A stretch of DNA of 64,000 nt, from contig CAVTJJ010000004.1 in NCBI GenBank assembly GCA_963735035.1, positions 1,504,001 to 1,568,000 on the forward strand. The letters are read 5' to 3'. Below, piece by piece: positions 9,774-18,860 of this stretch. The notes below the pieces were generated by a model. The model was not told the DNA's origin. It saw only the letters and a list, made by a program, of their open reading frames with translations, and did no database searches. Each line of letters opens with the position of its first letter. Positions within the stretch are counted from its first letter, which is position 1. Origin of the DNA: an uncultured candidate division Zixibacteria bacterium (lineage in GTDB: Bacteria; Zixibacteria; MSB-5A5; GN15; FEB-12). Position numbers and translations under genes: made by a program.

Positions 9774-10562
9774 ATGATTAAGGCGATGAGAACCGCGGCA
9801 AGCGGCATGAGTGGTCAGCAGATGAATGTTGACAACATCGCTAACAACCTTGCCAACGTCAACACCACCGGCTTCAAGAAGAGCAAGCTGGAATTCCAGG
9901 ATGTGCTTTACCAAAACTACCGGGCGGCCGGCGTGGCGTCCGCGCTCGGCACCCAGGTGCCGGTCGGCCTTTCTATAGGCTACGGTACCAGGCCGGCGGC
10001 GACGGTACGCGAATTCTCCACCGGTGACCTCACGGTCACAAGCAACCCGTTGGATATTGCCATCGAAGGGGATGGCTTCTTCCAGGTCAGACTGCCCGAC
10101 GGCGGCACCGGGTACACCCGCGACGGCGCGCTGAAACTTTCGGCTGAAGGCCAGTTGGTGACGTCGGATGGGTATTTCGTTCTCCCCGAAGTTACGATTC
10201 CGCAAAACGCGACCGGGATTTCGGTGGGACAGGACGGCACCGTCCAGGTCCAGCAGTTCGGCCAGACTGAACCGATTCAGATCGGTCAGTTCGAACTGGC
10301 CCGGTTCGTCAACCCGGCCGGGTTGTCGGCAATTGGACGAAATATCCTCATCCAGACGAGCGCCTCTGGAGATCCTATCACCGATGTCGCAGGACAGAAC
10401 GGCTTGGGACGAATCAACCAGGGCTATCTGGAAATGTCCAACGTCCAGGTCGTCGACGAAATGGTCAATATGATAGTGGCCCAGCGCGCTTACGAGATGA
10501 ACTCGAAGGCGATCCAGACGGCCGACGATATGTCACAAATAGCCAACAACCTGAAGAGATAA
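9774..10562 (+). CDS. flgG: Flagellar distal rod protein FlgG
   Basis: ANNLANVNTTGFKK, FQDVLYQ and LEMSNV..EMVNMIVAQRAYE motifs; 262 aa. Confidence 0.97.
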   Translation: MIKAMRTAASGMSGQQMNVDNIANNLANVNTTGFKKSKLEFQDVLYQNYRAAGVASALGTQVPVGLSIGYGTRPAATVREFSTGDLTVTSNPLDIAIEGDGFFQVRLPDGGTGYTRDGALKLSAEGQLVTSDGYFVLPEVTIPQNATGISVGQDGTVQVQQFGQTEPIQIGQFELARFVNPAGLSAIGRNILIQTSASGDPITDVAGQNGLGRINQGYLEMSNVQVVDEMVNMIVAQRAYEMNSKAIQTADDMSQIANNLKR

Positions 10563-10565
10563 GCT

Positions 10566-11258
10566 ATGAAATCACGCCATGGATGGCTGACAGTAGTTCT
10601 CGGTCTGGTGATTGTCTTCAGTAAGCCGGCTTCGGCGGTTGAAACCAATCGAGCCGTGATCGACCTCGTTCGCGAAAAATATCATCTCGATTCGAGCACT
10701 TACGAAATCGACATAGTCGCGAATCAGCTCAAGACGCGGGTTGTCAATGCGGTCGATCTGTCCTTTAGGTCGCTGACACAAACCGAACCGTCAGGTCCTT
10801 TCACAGTGCTGGCGGAAATCACGCACGACGGAGTTCTGGTCGAACGGGGCCAGGTCCGTTTGAAGATCAGCAAGTTCGCCGACGTTTTGGTCGCATCCGA
10901 CCAGATCGGACGACACGAATTACTTTCCGAACAAAAATTCGAATTGAAACGAACCGATGTAACCTCCTTGCGAGAGCAGCCGGTCATATCCAACGCAGAT
11001 ATCAGAGGGATGAGGGCAAAGCGCAATCTGCGGGTGGGGAATGTTCTCACCATGGGGGCGATTGAACCTGTCCCTGACATTGATGTTGGGGGGGAGGTTA
11101 CCATCGTTTTCACCGATGTCTGGGGTTCCATCACTGCGCCGGGCGAGGTGCTGGAGTCAGGCGTAATTGGAAACCGAGTACGAGTCAAGAACCTCGCCTC
11201 GGGCAAGACCATTCTCGCCACCGTGACATCCGGGAAACTAGTCGAAGTGAATCCATGA
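10566..11258 (+). CDS. flgA: P-ring assembly chaperone FlgA
   Basis: Signal peptide, SAF-like region, GNRVRVKNLASGK C-terminus; synteny. Confidence 0.9.
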   Translation: MKSRHGWLTVVLGLVIVFSKPASAVETNRAVIDLVREKYHLDSSTYEIDIVANQLKTRVVNAVDLSFRSLTQTEPSGPFTVLAEITHDGVLVERGQVRLKISKFADVLVASDQIGRHELLSEQKFELKRTDVTSLREQPVISNADIRGMRAKRNLRVGNVLTMGAIEPVPDIDVGGEVTIVFTDVWGSITAPGEVLESGVIGNRVRVKNLASGKTILATVTSGKLVEVNP

Positions 11259-11283
11259 GCGAATAGGAATCGAGGAAACTAAC

Positions 11284-11871
11284 ATGAACTTTAAGAGATT
11301 GCTCATACTGCTGGCGGCGCTGCTACTGCTGCCGTTCTCATTGAAGGTACGCGGGCAGGATTTCGGCAAGAGCCAGTCGCTCTTTTCCGACATTAAGGCC
11401 CATCGCGTTGGTGATGTGCTCACCGTGCTCATTTCGGAGCAGAACCGCGCCTCCAATCAGGTCCAGACCAAGACCGAAAAGGCCACCAAAACCAGTACTT
11501 CGGGCGGCCCGGGGTTGGGCTCGCTGGATTTCATCCCCGTGTTCGGTGCGTCTGCTGACAACAGCAACACGTTCGATGGCAAGGGTGAAAACTTGCGCAG
11601 CGGGACGATCCGTGCGCGTATCACCGTCACGGTCGTAGGCGTCAAGGAAAACGGCGACCTTCTGATCGAAGGGCACCGCATTATCGGCATCAACGGCGAC
11701 CAGGAATCAATATACGTTTCCGGCACTGTGCGTAGCAAAGACATCACTCCGGAAAACACGATCGAGTCTCATCTGATCGGGGATGCCGAGATTTCCTACA
11801 ACGGCAAGGGCAACGCCACTACTGGCTCGCGCCCCGGTTTCTTCACACGCTTAATCAATTGGATCTTCTAG
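11284..11871 (+). CDS. flgH: Flagellar L-ring protein FlgH
   Basis: SLFSDIKAHRVGDVLTV, NGDLLIEG and GTVRSKDI motifs; no lipobox. Confidence 0.93.
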   Translation: MNFKRLLILLAALLLLPFSLKVRGQDFGKSQSLFSDIKAHRVGDVLTVLISEQNRASNQVQTKTEKATKTSTSGGPGLGSLDFIPVFGASADNSNTFDGKGENLRSGTIRARITVTVVGVKENGDLLIEGHRIIGINGDQESIYVSGTVRSKDITPENTIESHLIGDAEISYNGKGNATTGSRPGFFTRLINWIF

Positions 11872-11880
11872 GAGACAGAT

Positions 11881-13017
11881 ATGCTGGGTACCGTATACGC
11901 CGTTCTATGTCGTCCCACCGGGCTGGCCATCGTGCTGACCCTGTTGCTCTGGATGAATGATATCGCTCACGCCGAGAAAGTCCGCATCAAGGATATCTGC
12001 GGCTTCCAGGACCAGCAGGAAGTCGAACTGCTCGGTTATGGGTTGGTGATCGGGCTGGACGGTTCCGGCGATGGCAACGGCACACAATTCACGACTCGTG
12101 CCCTCGCCAATATGATGGAACGGATGGGGCTGACTATCGAAGTCGACAAGCTGAAGGTCAAGAACATCGCCGCTGTGCTGGTTACGGCAAAGATCGCGGG
12201 CGGCCGGACCTCGGGTTCGTTTTTCGATGTCACGGTATCGTCGGTCGGCGACGCCAGCTCGCTTCAGGGCGGGACGCTCCTGCTCACTCCGTTGTCTGAT
12301 CCCGACGGCGTCGTGCGCGCTACCGCGCAAGGGTCGGTGTCGATTGGCGGCTTCAATGTGCAGGTCGACGAGGGGAATAAGATCTTCAACAACTATACCC
12401 TCGTAGGGCGAATCCCCGGTGGCGGCAAGGTGACCAATCCGGTGGCGTCTACCGATGGCGCCGTAAGAGAATTCTACCTGTCACTCACCAATCCTGATTA
12501 CACGACTTCGAACCGGGTGGCTGAGAGGATCAATATCAAGTACGGCACCGTGGCCTATGCGGTCGACGCCGCCTCGGTGAAAGTAGTCATTCCCGACAGT
12601 GTTATGTATCCGACGCTTAGATCACAATTCATGTCCGATGTCGGCCAACTTATGGTCGTACCCGACAATGTGGCGCGGGTGGTGATCAACGAAAAGACCG
12701 GAACAATAGTGGCCGGTCAGCACGTTACTATTGAGCCGGTCGCGGTGGCGCACGGGACGATCACGGTGAATATCCAGTCACGCCCGGTGATCTCACAGCC
12801 GGAACCGTTTTCCGGCGGCGAAACGGTAGTCACTCAGGAACCCAGCATCGCTGTCGATCAGCAAACCGCCAGAGTTGTAAATCTGGAGGAATCAGTGACT
12901 CTCTCCGATGTGGCCGGGGCGCTTAATAAGATAGGCGCTACCCCACGCGACATAATTGCAATCTTCCAGGCTCTCAAGCAGGCCGGTGCCCTGAGAGCGG
13001 AGCTCGTGATACTCTGA
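11881..13017 (+). CDS. flgI: Flagellar P-ring protein FlgI
   Basis: RIKDI, GYGLVIGLDGSGD, GDASSLQGGTLL and ALKQAGALRAEL motifs. Confidence 0.97.
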   Translation: MLGTVYAVLCRPTGLAIVLTLLLWMNDIAHAEKVRIKDICGFQDQQEVELLGYGLVIGLDGSGDGNGTQFTTRALANMMERMGLTIEVDKLKVKNIAAVLVTAKIAGGRTSGSFFDVTVSSVGDASSLQGGTLLLTPLSDPDGVVRATAQGSVSIGGFNVQVDEGNKIFNNYTLVGRIPGGGKVTNPVASTDGAVREFYLSLTNPDYTTSNRVAERINIKYGTVAYAVDAASVKVVIPDSVMYPTLRSQFMSDVGQLMVVPDNVARVVINEKTGTIVAGQHVTIEPVAVAHGTITVNIQSRPVISQPEPFSGGETVVTQEPSIAVDQQTARVVNLEESVTLSDVAGALNKIGATPRDIIAIFQALKQAGALRAELVIL

Positions 13018-13970
13018 TGGTACTTCCGGTGAAATCCGCGGCTGCTGGGGTGGGGGAAGGTTCCGGACTGGAACGTCTCCGTCACGGAAAGACGCCGACC
13101 GTTGAATCGGAAAAGTTGCGTCTTCACAAAGCCACCAAGGAATTCGAATCCTACTTCATGTATCAAATGCTCAAGACTATGCGCCAGACTATTCCGGACG
13201 GCTCAAAGTCCGAATCCGGGGTGCTTTCTGACGGTCTCGGCAAGGAGACCTTCACTGACATCTTCGACATGGAGATCTCCCGCAAAGCGTCTTTCGGCGG
13301 GCACAATTCAATCTCCGAGATAATGTATCGGTCCATGGAGAAGCTGGTGGATGTCCAGTTCGAGCAGAAATCGGCCCAGACTACGATGAAGCCCTTGAAA
13401 CCAACCGTGATTTCGGTCCCGACAAAATTGAACACCGAGAAACTGATTCCTTTGACCAGGCCTTCTGAGAAGACTATCCCGCTTCAACCGGTCAACAATA
13501 CAAATAGACCGGTTGTCTCGGAGCCGATTTCCAGGCCGGAAGCCTCAAAACCGGAGGCCTACAAACCTGCGGCTGACTCGATACAGTCTCGTTTTGGGCA
13601 CTTGATTGATCGTGCAGCGCGCGAGACCAAACTCGATTCGGCCCTAATAAGTTCGGTGATCCAGGCAGAATCGAGCGGTAACCCGCACGCTGTTTCGCCG
13701 ACCGGTGCGAAGGGGCTTATGCAACTGGCCGACTCGACCGCACAGGAGCTCAAAGTGAGCGACCCATTTGACCCGGCCGAGAATATCCGCGCTGGGAGCC
13801 GGTATTTGCGCCGCATGCTGGATCGGTTCGGAGACCTGAAACTGGCCCTGGCGGCCTACAATGCGGGGCCGGGGAATGTGGCCAAGTACGACGGTGTGCC
13901 ACCGTTTGAAGAAACCCGAAACTACGTTCGCAAGATCACGGAGTCGCTGGACCCCAATTCCGGCAAATAG
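13017..13970 (+). CDS. flgJ: FlgJ-like rod-binding domain fused to an SLT-family lytic transglycosylase
   Basis: N-terminal KATKEFESYFMYQMLKTMR; C-terminal AESSGNPHAVS..GLMQL..AAYNAG. Confidence 0.88.
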   Translation: MVLPVKSAAAGVGEGSGLERLRHGKTPTVESEKLRLHKATKEFESYFMYQMLKTMRQTIPDGSKSESGVLSDGLGKETFTDIFDMEISRKASFGGHNSISEIMYRSMEKLVDVQFEQKSAQTTMKPLKPTVISVPTKLNTEKLIPLTRPSEKTIPLQPVNNTNRPVVSEPISRPEASKPEAYKPAADSIQSRFGHLIDRAARETKLDSALISSVIQAESSGNPHAVSPTGAKGLMQLADSTAQELKVSDPFDPAENIRAGSRYLRRMLDRFGDLKLALAAYNAGPGNVAKYDGVPPFEETRNYVRKITESLDPNSGK

Positions 13971-13984
13971 TTGGCGGATAACAC

Positions 13985-14012
13985 TAAAGACCGTCACACC
14001 CTAAGACGACAA
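13985..14012 (+). promoter_or_regulatory. sigma28-type promoter of the flgN-flgK operon
   Basis: TAAAG-N15-GACGACAA; same spacing as the flgM promoter. Confidence 0.5.
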
Positions 14013-14045
14013 TGAGAGTACAGGATGTTACCAGGTACATGGGAC

Positions 14046-14531
14046 ATGATCGACCAACTTATACAGATTATCAATGCTGAAGCGCTGCTGTTCGAGGAGT
14101 TTCTACGGCTTCTCGAAGAGCAAAAACTGGCCCTCGTCGCCAACGATACCGAGCGACTGGTTCAGGTAACACAGTTGCAGCAGCAGAAGCTTGTCGAGAG
14201 CGCCGCGCTCAATCGCAAGCGCAACGGTCTTATCGGCGCCCTTCAGGAAGCGAATAAGATCGAGGGCGATGTGACCATCACTCGTCTGCTCGGCTATGCG
14301 GACGAAGACCAGTCCCAGCGTCTCAGTCAACTGCGCGACGCCATCCTGGCCCTCAACGAGCGGATTACGTCCGCACGCAACACCAATGCGATGCTCTTAA
14401 ACCGATCGCGGGAGTTTATCGCTCGCACGATGAACATGCTCTCGCGGATGCATACCCCCGACCAGACATACGGACGTGTCGGAGACGCGCCACGCGGCAA
14501 TAACGCTGTCGCGGTGGACAGGAGGATCTAA
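14046..14531 (+). CDS. flgN: Flagellar export chaperone FlgN
   Basis: Helical protein with LI..E..LFEEFL..QK.AL and N..NAMLL patterns; directly upstream of flgK; start may be 14025. Confidence 0.85.
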   Translation: MIDQLIQIINAEALLFEEFLRLLEEQKLALVANDTERLVQVTQLQQQKLVESAALNRKRNGLIGALQEANKIEGDVTITRLLGYADEDQSQRLSQLRDAILALNERITSARNTNAMLLNRSREFIARTMNMLSRMHTPDQTYGRVGDAPRGNNAVAVDRRI

Positions 14532-15931
14532 TGCCGGGACTTTTCCAGGGATTGGAAATCGGTAAACGGGCCCTGATGGGGCACCAGGTAAGTCTTCAAA
14601 CCGTCGGTCACAACATCGCGAACGTCGATACCCCTGGCTATTCACGTCAGGTGGTCAGAATATCATCTTCCGCGCCGGAGATTACGGTCAATGGAGCGGT
14701 CGGAACCGGAGTCAGCGTAGACGACATTTACCAGGTTCGCGACTTGTTCCTTGGCCAGCAATTTCGCCAGGCCCAGAAGGACCTGGGTCAGTGGATGTAC
14801 AAAGACAAATCGCTCAAGCAGATTGAATCGATATTCTCGGAACCCGCGGACAACTCGCTCAACGCCACCCTGGATCAATTTTGGAACGACTGGTCGGCGC
14901 TGTCGAACGATTCGGAAAACAGTGGTTATCGCAGCAGCGTGCTGGCGTCCGCCACGCAGTTCATCAATTCGCTTAAACAGCTGGCCACGGGTCTGGAAGA
15001 CCAGCAGCGCTCAACCGATCGCGATTTGAGCGCGATGACATCCGACGTGAATCAGAAGACTACTGAAATCGCCAGTCTGAACCAGGATATCAAACGCATA
15101 GAGCTGGGCGGCTCAACCGCCAACGATCTCCGCGATATGCGGGATCGGATCATAGACGAGCTGTCGACGCTGGTTGATGTCAATGTAAATCAGAAGAGCG
15201 ACGGCACCGCCACGGTGTACATGGGCAGCATGCTTCTGGTGGACGGCAATTCTTCTTTTGATATCGGTGTCTCCGCCGAACGGGACGGGGAGAAGATCAC
15301 CCACCGGCTGGTCTGGCAGGGCTCCGAACATCAGCTTACCAACAAGAACGGTCAGATTTTCGGCCTGGTCCAGACCCGTGACGAGATCATTCCGCGTTAC
15401 CTGAGCGAGCTCAACACGCTGGCCCGGACGGTTGTCGAGCAGGTCAACGCCATTCACTCGGCCGGGTACGGTCTCGACGGAACCACCGGGGTGAACTTCT
15501 TCGATGCGGATTACACCGACGCTGCCGATCTCCGCATCAATAACGCAATTCTGTTGGATCACAATCGGATCGCAGCCTCAACCTCGTCCAATCCGGACGA
15601 CCGCGCCAACGGTGAAGCAGCGGCGCTGTTGTCGGCGCTCCGCGATGGTATGGTCATGTCCTCCAATACGTCCACCATCAACCAGTATTATCAGAGCCTG
15701 GTGGGCGGCCTGGGTGTGGAAGCCAAAGAGTCTTCGGCTTTCAGCGGCAACTTTGCCTTGATTTCGAATCAGGTGGATAACCAGCGTCAATCGGTGCAGG
15801 GCGTCTCGCTCGACGAGGAGATGGCCAACCTGGTCAAGAGTCAGCATGCTTTCGATGCGGCTTCGCGGGTAATCACCGTCATGGATGAGGCGCTGGATAC
15901 AGTTATAAGCAAGATGGGAATTATTGGCTAA
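14531..15931 (+). CDS. flgK: Hook-associated protein FlgK
   Basis: HNIANVDTPGYSRQ, NDLRDMRD and GVSLDEEMANL motifs. Confidence 0.97.
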   Translation: MPGLFQGLEIGKRALMGHQVSLQTVGHNIANVDTPGYSRQVVRISSSAPEITVNGAVGTGVSVDDIYQVRDLFLGQQFRQAQKDLGQWMYKDKSLKQIESIFSEPADNSLNATLDQFWNDWSALSNDSENSGYRSSVLASATQFINSLKQLATGLEDQQRSTDRDLSAMTSDVNQKTTEIASLNQDIKRIELGGSTANDLRDMRDRIIDELSTLVDVNVNQKSDGTATVYMGSMLLVDGNSSFDIGVSAERDGEKITHRLVWQGSEHQLTNKNGQIFGLVQTRDEIIPRYLSELNTLARTVVEQVNAIHSAGYGLDGTTGVNFFDADYTDAADLRINNAILLDHNRIAASTSSNPDDRANGEAAALLSALRDGMVMSSNTSTINQYYQSLVGGLGVEAKESSAFSGNFALISNQVDNQRQSVQGVSLDEEMANLVKSQHAFDAASRVITVMDEALDTVISKMGIIG

Positions 15932-15962
15932 TAATGTGACGCTCCACGAATAGGAGCGCCCG

Positions 15963-15978
15963 ACACCACGGAGGGTGT
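15963..15978 (+). promoter_or_regulatory. CsrA-binding hairpin overlapping the csrA Shine-Dalgarno
   Basis: ACACC-ACGGAG-GGTGT: a 5-bp stem with an ANGGAN hexaloop immediately before the TTG start. Confidence 0.65.
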
Positions 15979-15979
15979 T

Positions 15980-16297
15980 TTGTTAATTCTAACAAGGAAG
16001 TTAGGCGAATCGATCACGATCGGCGACAGCATTCGGGTGTCGGTATTGGGCATCCGTGGCCGTCAAGTTCGCCTAGGCATCGACGCTCCCAGCGATGTGG
16101 TCGTGCACCGCGAGGAGATTTACGTCAAGATCCAACAAGAGAACCGCAAAGCGGTCGGAAACGTCAAGTCGGATCTTATGGGTATGGTCAAGATGATCAA
16201 AGGCAAGATCGCCGGTGACGCGGACAAGAAGAAGGGTTCGGTGGTTGACTTCAAGGATCAGCACCCCGACCCGACCGACCTGCCCCGAGGTGGATGA
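15980..16297 (+). CDS. csrA: Carbon storage regulator CsrA with C-terminal extension
   Basis: [31 protein letters not shown], followed by an EN-containing extension typical of FliW-partnered CsrA. Confidence 0.97.
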   Translation: MLILTRKLGESITIGDSIRVSVLGIRGRQVRLGIDAPSDVVVHREEIYVKIQQENRKAVGNVKSDLMGMVKMIKGKIAGDADKKKGSVVDFKDQHPDPTDLPRGG

Positions 16298-16347
16298 CCG
16301 AGCGGAACCGTGTAACCGTCGAGTGAAAGAACCGAGGATAGGAAGCC

Positions 16348-18282
16348 ATGCGGGTCACTAACAGCATGATCACCAGCCAGGTGGTCTACAATGTGCAGAA
16401 CGCTCTGGATCGCTATTTGTCATTGCAGACCCAGATGTCGTCGGGACGCCGGATCAACAATCCGTCCGATGACCCGGTCGGAACTCTGCGCGACCTGAGC
16501 TATCGGACCGAACTGTCCAAGATCGGCCAGTACCAGGAAAATGTCAGGCAGGGTCAGAATTGGCTGGGCAGTTACGACGGTATTTTCGATGACCTGAATT
16601 CAATGCTGTCGAACGCCAAAGACGTCGCTCTGGCTATGTCGAACGATACTTATGATACCGAGCAGCGCAAAGCGGCCGCCAACGAAATCGATTCGGTGAT
16701 TAGCCGCATCGTTCAGCTCAGCAACAGCCAGATTGGCGGCAGACAGATGTTTTCCGGCCACCGCACCAAGCTGGAACCGTTCCGAGTCGGCGGTGAAGGC
16801 CTCACTTACATGGGCGACACCGGTCAGATTCAGTTCGAAATATCCGCCGGAACCCGGCAACCTGTAAATATCAACGCTTCAGACGTGTTCATCAAAGCCA
16901 CGTCGATTCTGGGCAGTGACGCCGATCTGAATGCGGCGGTGACCCGTAACACGCTCTTGGCCGACTTGAACGACGGCGCCGGAGTTGACCTCACTGCCGG
17001 CACGATCACAATTACCGATGAGAACCTTGTTGGCGTGTCAGCCGTCATCGATATGGCAGCGGCGCCGCCTCTCGTCACGGTGGGTGACGCCATTGATCGC
17101 ATTAACGCCGCGCTGACTACGGCCGGTATGAATACAACCATGTCGGTCGGCTTAAGTATTGACGGCAACTCACTAAGCATAACCACTACCCCCAGCGGAC
17201 AGATTTCGACCGCAACCAAGTTGAGTCAGATCCGCGAGGGACAGGGCATCGATCTGAGCCGGGGGACAATCCATCTGACCAGCGGTACCGGCCTTGATTT
17301 CACGGCCAACTTCACCGGCGCCACGACAGTCGGCGACATCATCACGCAGTTCAATGCCGCGATGGTTACCGAAGGTTGTCCAGGTGTTACTATGGGCATC
17401 AATGCCGCAGGTGACGGATTTGTAATTAACGATGCCACCCTGCCACCCGTAGGATTGACTATCGCCGACAATTCGGCGTCCGATCAGACCGCCAGTTTAT
17501 TGCGGATCGCCGGCTTTGTCGGCGCCCAACTGGTAGGAGCAGATTTGAATGTCGCGGCCTCCTTCACAGTTGGCGATACCTCGGGAACGGTCGGGTCCGG
17601 ACTTGGCATAGTGGGATCGTACACCCACAATGCCGCCGGAAGAGACCTCGACCCGCGCCTGACTTTGGCTACGAATCTGGCCGACCTGCGAAATGGTATG
17701 GGGTTTGACGGCGATCGGTTCATCCTCTGGCAAGGCGAAGACAGCCACACGGTCAATCTCGCCGATGCCACTATAGTAACCGTTCAGGACCTGTTGGACG
17801 ACATCAACAGTTCCGGGCTGGCCGTGACTGCAGAAATAAACGATTCCGGGCGGGGGATTCAGATCGCAAGCAATGACCCTACACGCTCGTTTACAATCAA
17901 AGACATGAGCGGCGGTCTCGTAGCCAAACAGATGGATGTTTACGGATCGAGCGACATGATGGGCTCCCTGTTGGTGCTGGCCGATGCCTTGCGCAACGAC
18001 GACCAGGAAGGCATCAATCGGATGGTTGCCAATATGGATGATGCCATGAATCTGACGGTCCAGACTCGGGCGGCGGTTGGTAACAACTCCCTGCGCCTCG
18101 AAAATACGGCCAGTCAGTTGACCGATCTCGATCTCGGTTTCACCGACCTGCTGACGCAGGAAGAGGACGCCGATTTGACCAAAGTAATAACGGAACTAGC
18201 CACGCGTGAAAATAACTATCAAGCAGCGCTTTCGGCGGCCGCCAGAATAATTCAGCCGAGTCTGCTCGATTTCCTGAGATGA
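16348..18282 (+). CDS. flgL: Hook-associated protein FlgL, enlarged (644 aa)
   Basis: MRVTNSMI, SSGRRINNPSDDP and C-terminal YQAAL..ARIIQPSLLDFLR. Confidence 0.93.
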   Translation: MRVTNSMITSQVVYNVQNALDRYLSLQTQMSSGRRINNPSDDPVGTLRDLSYRTELSKIGQYQENVRQGQNWLGSYDGIFDDLNSMLSNAKDVALAMSNDTYDTEQRKAAANEIDSVISRIVQLSNSQIGGRQMFSGHRTKLEPFRVGGEGLTYMGDTGQIQFEISAGTRQPVNINASDVFIKATSILGSDADLNAAVTRNTLLADLNDGAGVDLTAGTITITDENLVGVSAVIDMAAAPPLVTVGDAIDRINAALTTAGMNTTMSVGLSIDGNSLSITTTPSGQISTATKLSQIREGQGIDLSRGTIHLTSGTGLDFTANFTGATTVGDIITQFNAAMVTEGCPGVTMGINAAGDGFVINDATLPPVGLTIADNSASDQTASLLRIAGFVGAQLVGADLNVAASFTVGDTSGTVGSGLGIVGSYTHNAAGRDLDPRLTLATNLADLRNGMGFDGDRFILWQGEDSHTVNLADATIVTVQDLLDDINSSGLAVTAEINDSGRGIQIASNDPTRSFTIKDMSGGLVAKQMDVYGSSDMMGSLLVLADALRNDDQEGINRMVANMDDAMNLTVQTRAAVGNNSLRLENTASQLTDLDLGFTDLLTQEEDADLTKVITELATRENNYQAALSAAARIIQPSLLDFLR

Positions 18283-18305
18283 CACTTCTATAAGGGTTAC
18301 CCGGT

Positions 18306-18788
18306 ATGAAAATAACCAGCACTCGTTTCGGTTCTCTCGAAATCCCTGAGAACAAAATCATCACCATGGAGCGGCCTATTCTGGGCTTCGAACGCCTGCG
18401 TTTCTTCTGTCTGGTGGAAGTGGACGAGTTGAGTCCGTTCATGCTTATGCATTCAACCGAAGACCCCGAAGTCGGATTCCTGGTTATGAATCCGCTGCTG
18501 TTCTTCCTGGATTACAAGGTCGAGATCAATTCTCAGGAAATCGCCGAACTTGAAGTCACTAATCCGGCGACGGTTGAGACCTATGTCATCCTTACGGTGG
18601 TCAAGAAGACCCGTGATATCACGGCCAACCTACAGGGACCGATTCTCATCAACACCGAGAACAACCGCGCCAAACAACTGGTGCTGGTGAACTCCCGTTA
18701 CCAGGTGCAGCATTCTGTCGTGCAAGCGGCCGAGGAAATCTCGGGAGACCTGGTCACAGTTGAGCGCGAAGACCTGGTCCCGGTTTGA
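18306..18788 (+). CDS. fliW: Flagellar assembly factor FliW
   Basis: STRFG, ILGFE and TANLQGPILIN motifs. Confidence 0.95.
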   Translation: MKITSTRFGSLEIPENKIITMERPILGFERLRFFCLVEVDELSPFMLMHSTEDPEVGFLVMNPLLFFLDYKVEINSQEIAELEVTNPATVETYVILTVVKKTRDITANLQGPILINTENNRAKQLVLVNSRYQVQHSVVQAAEEISGDLVTVEREDLVPV

Positions 18789-18860
18789 TGTAGTGGCCGG
18801 TGGTCCCCGGTTGAGTTTCCGCCCTGTCGTTGACGACAGGCTCGTACAGAAGGGAATAGG

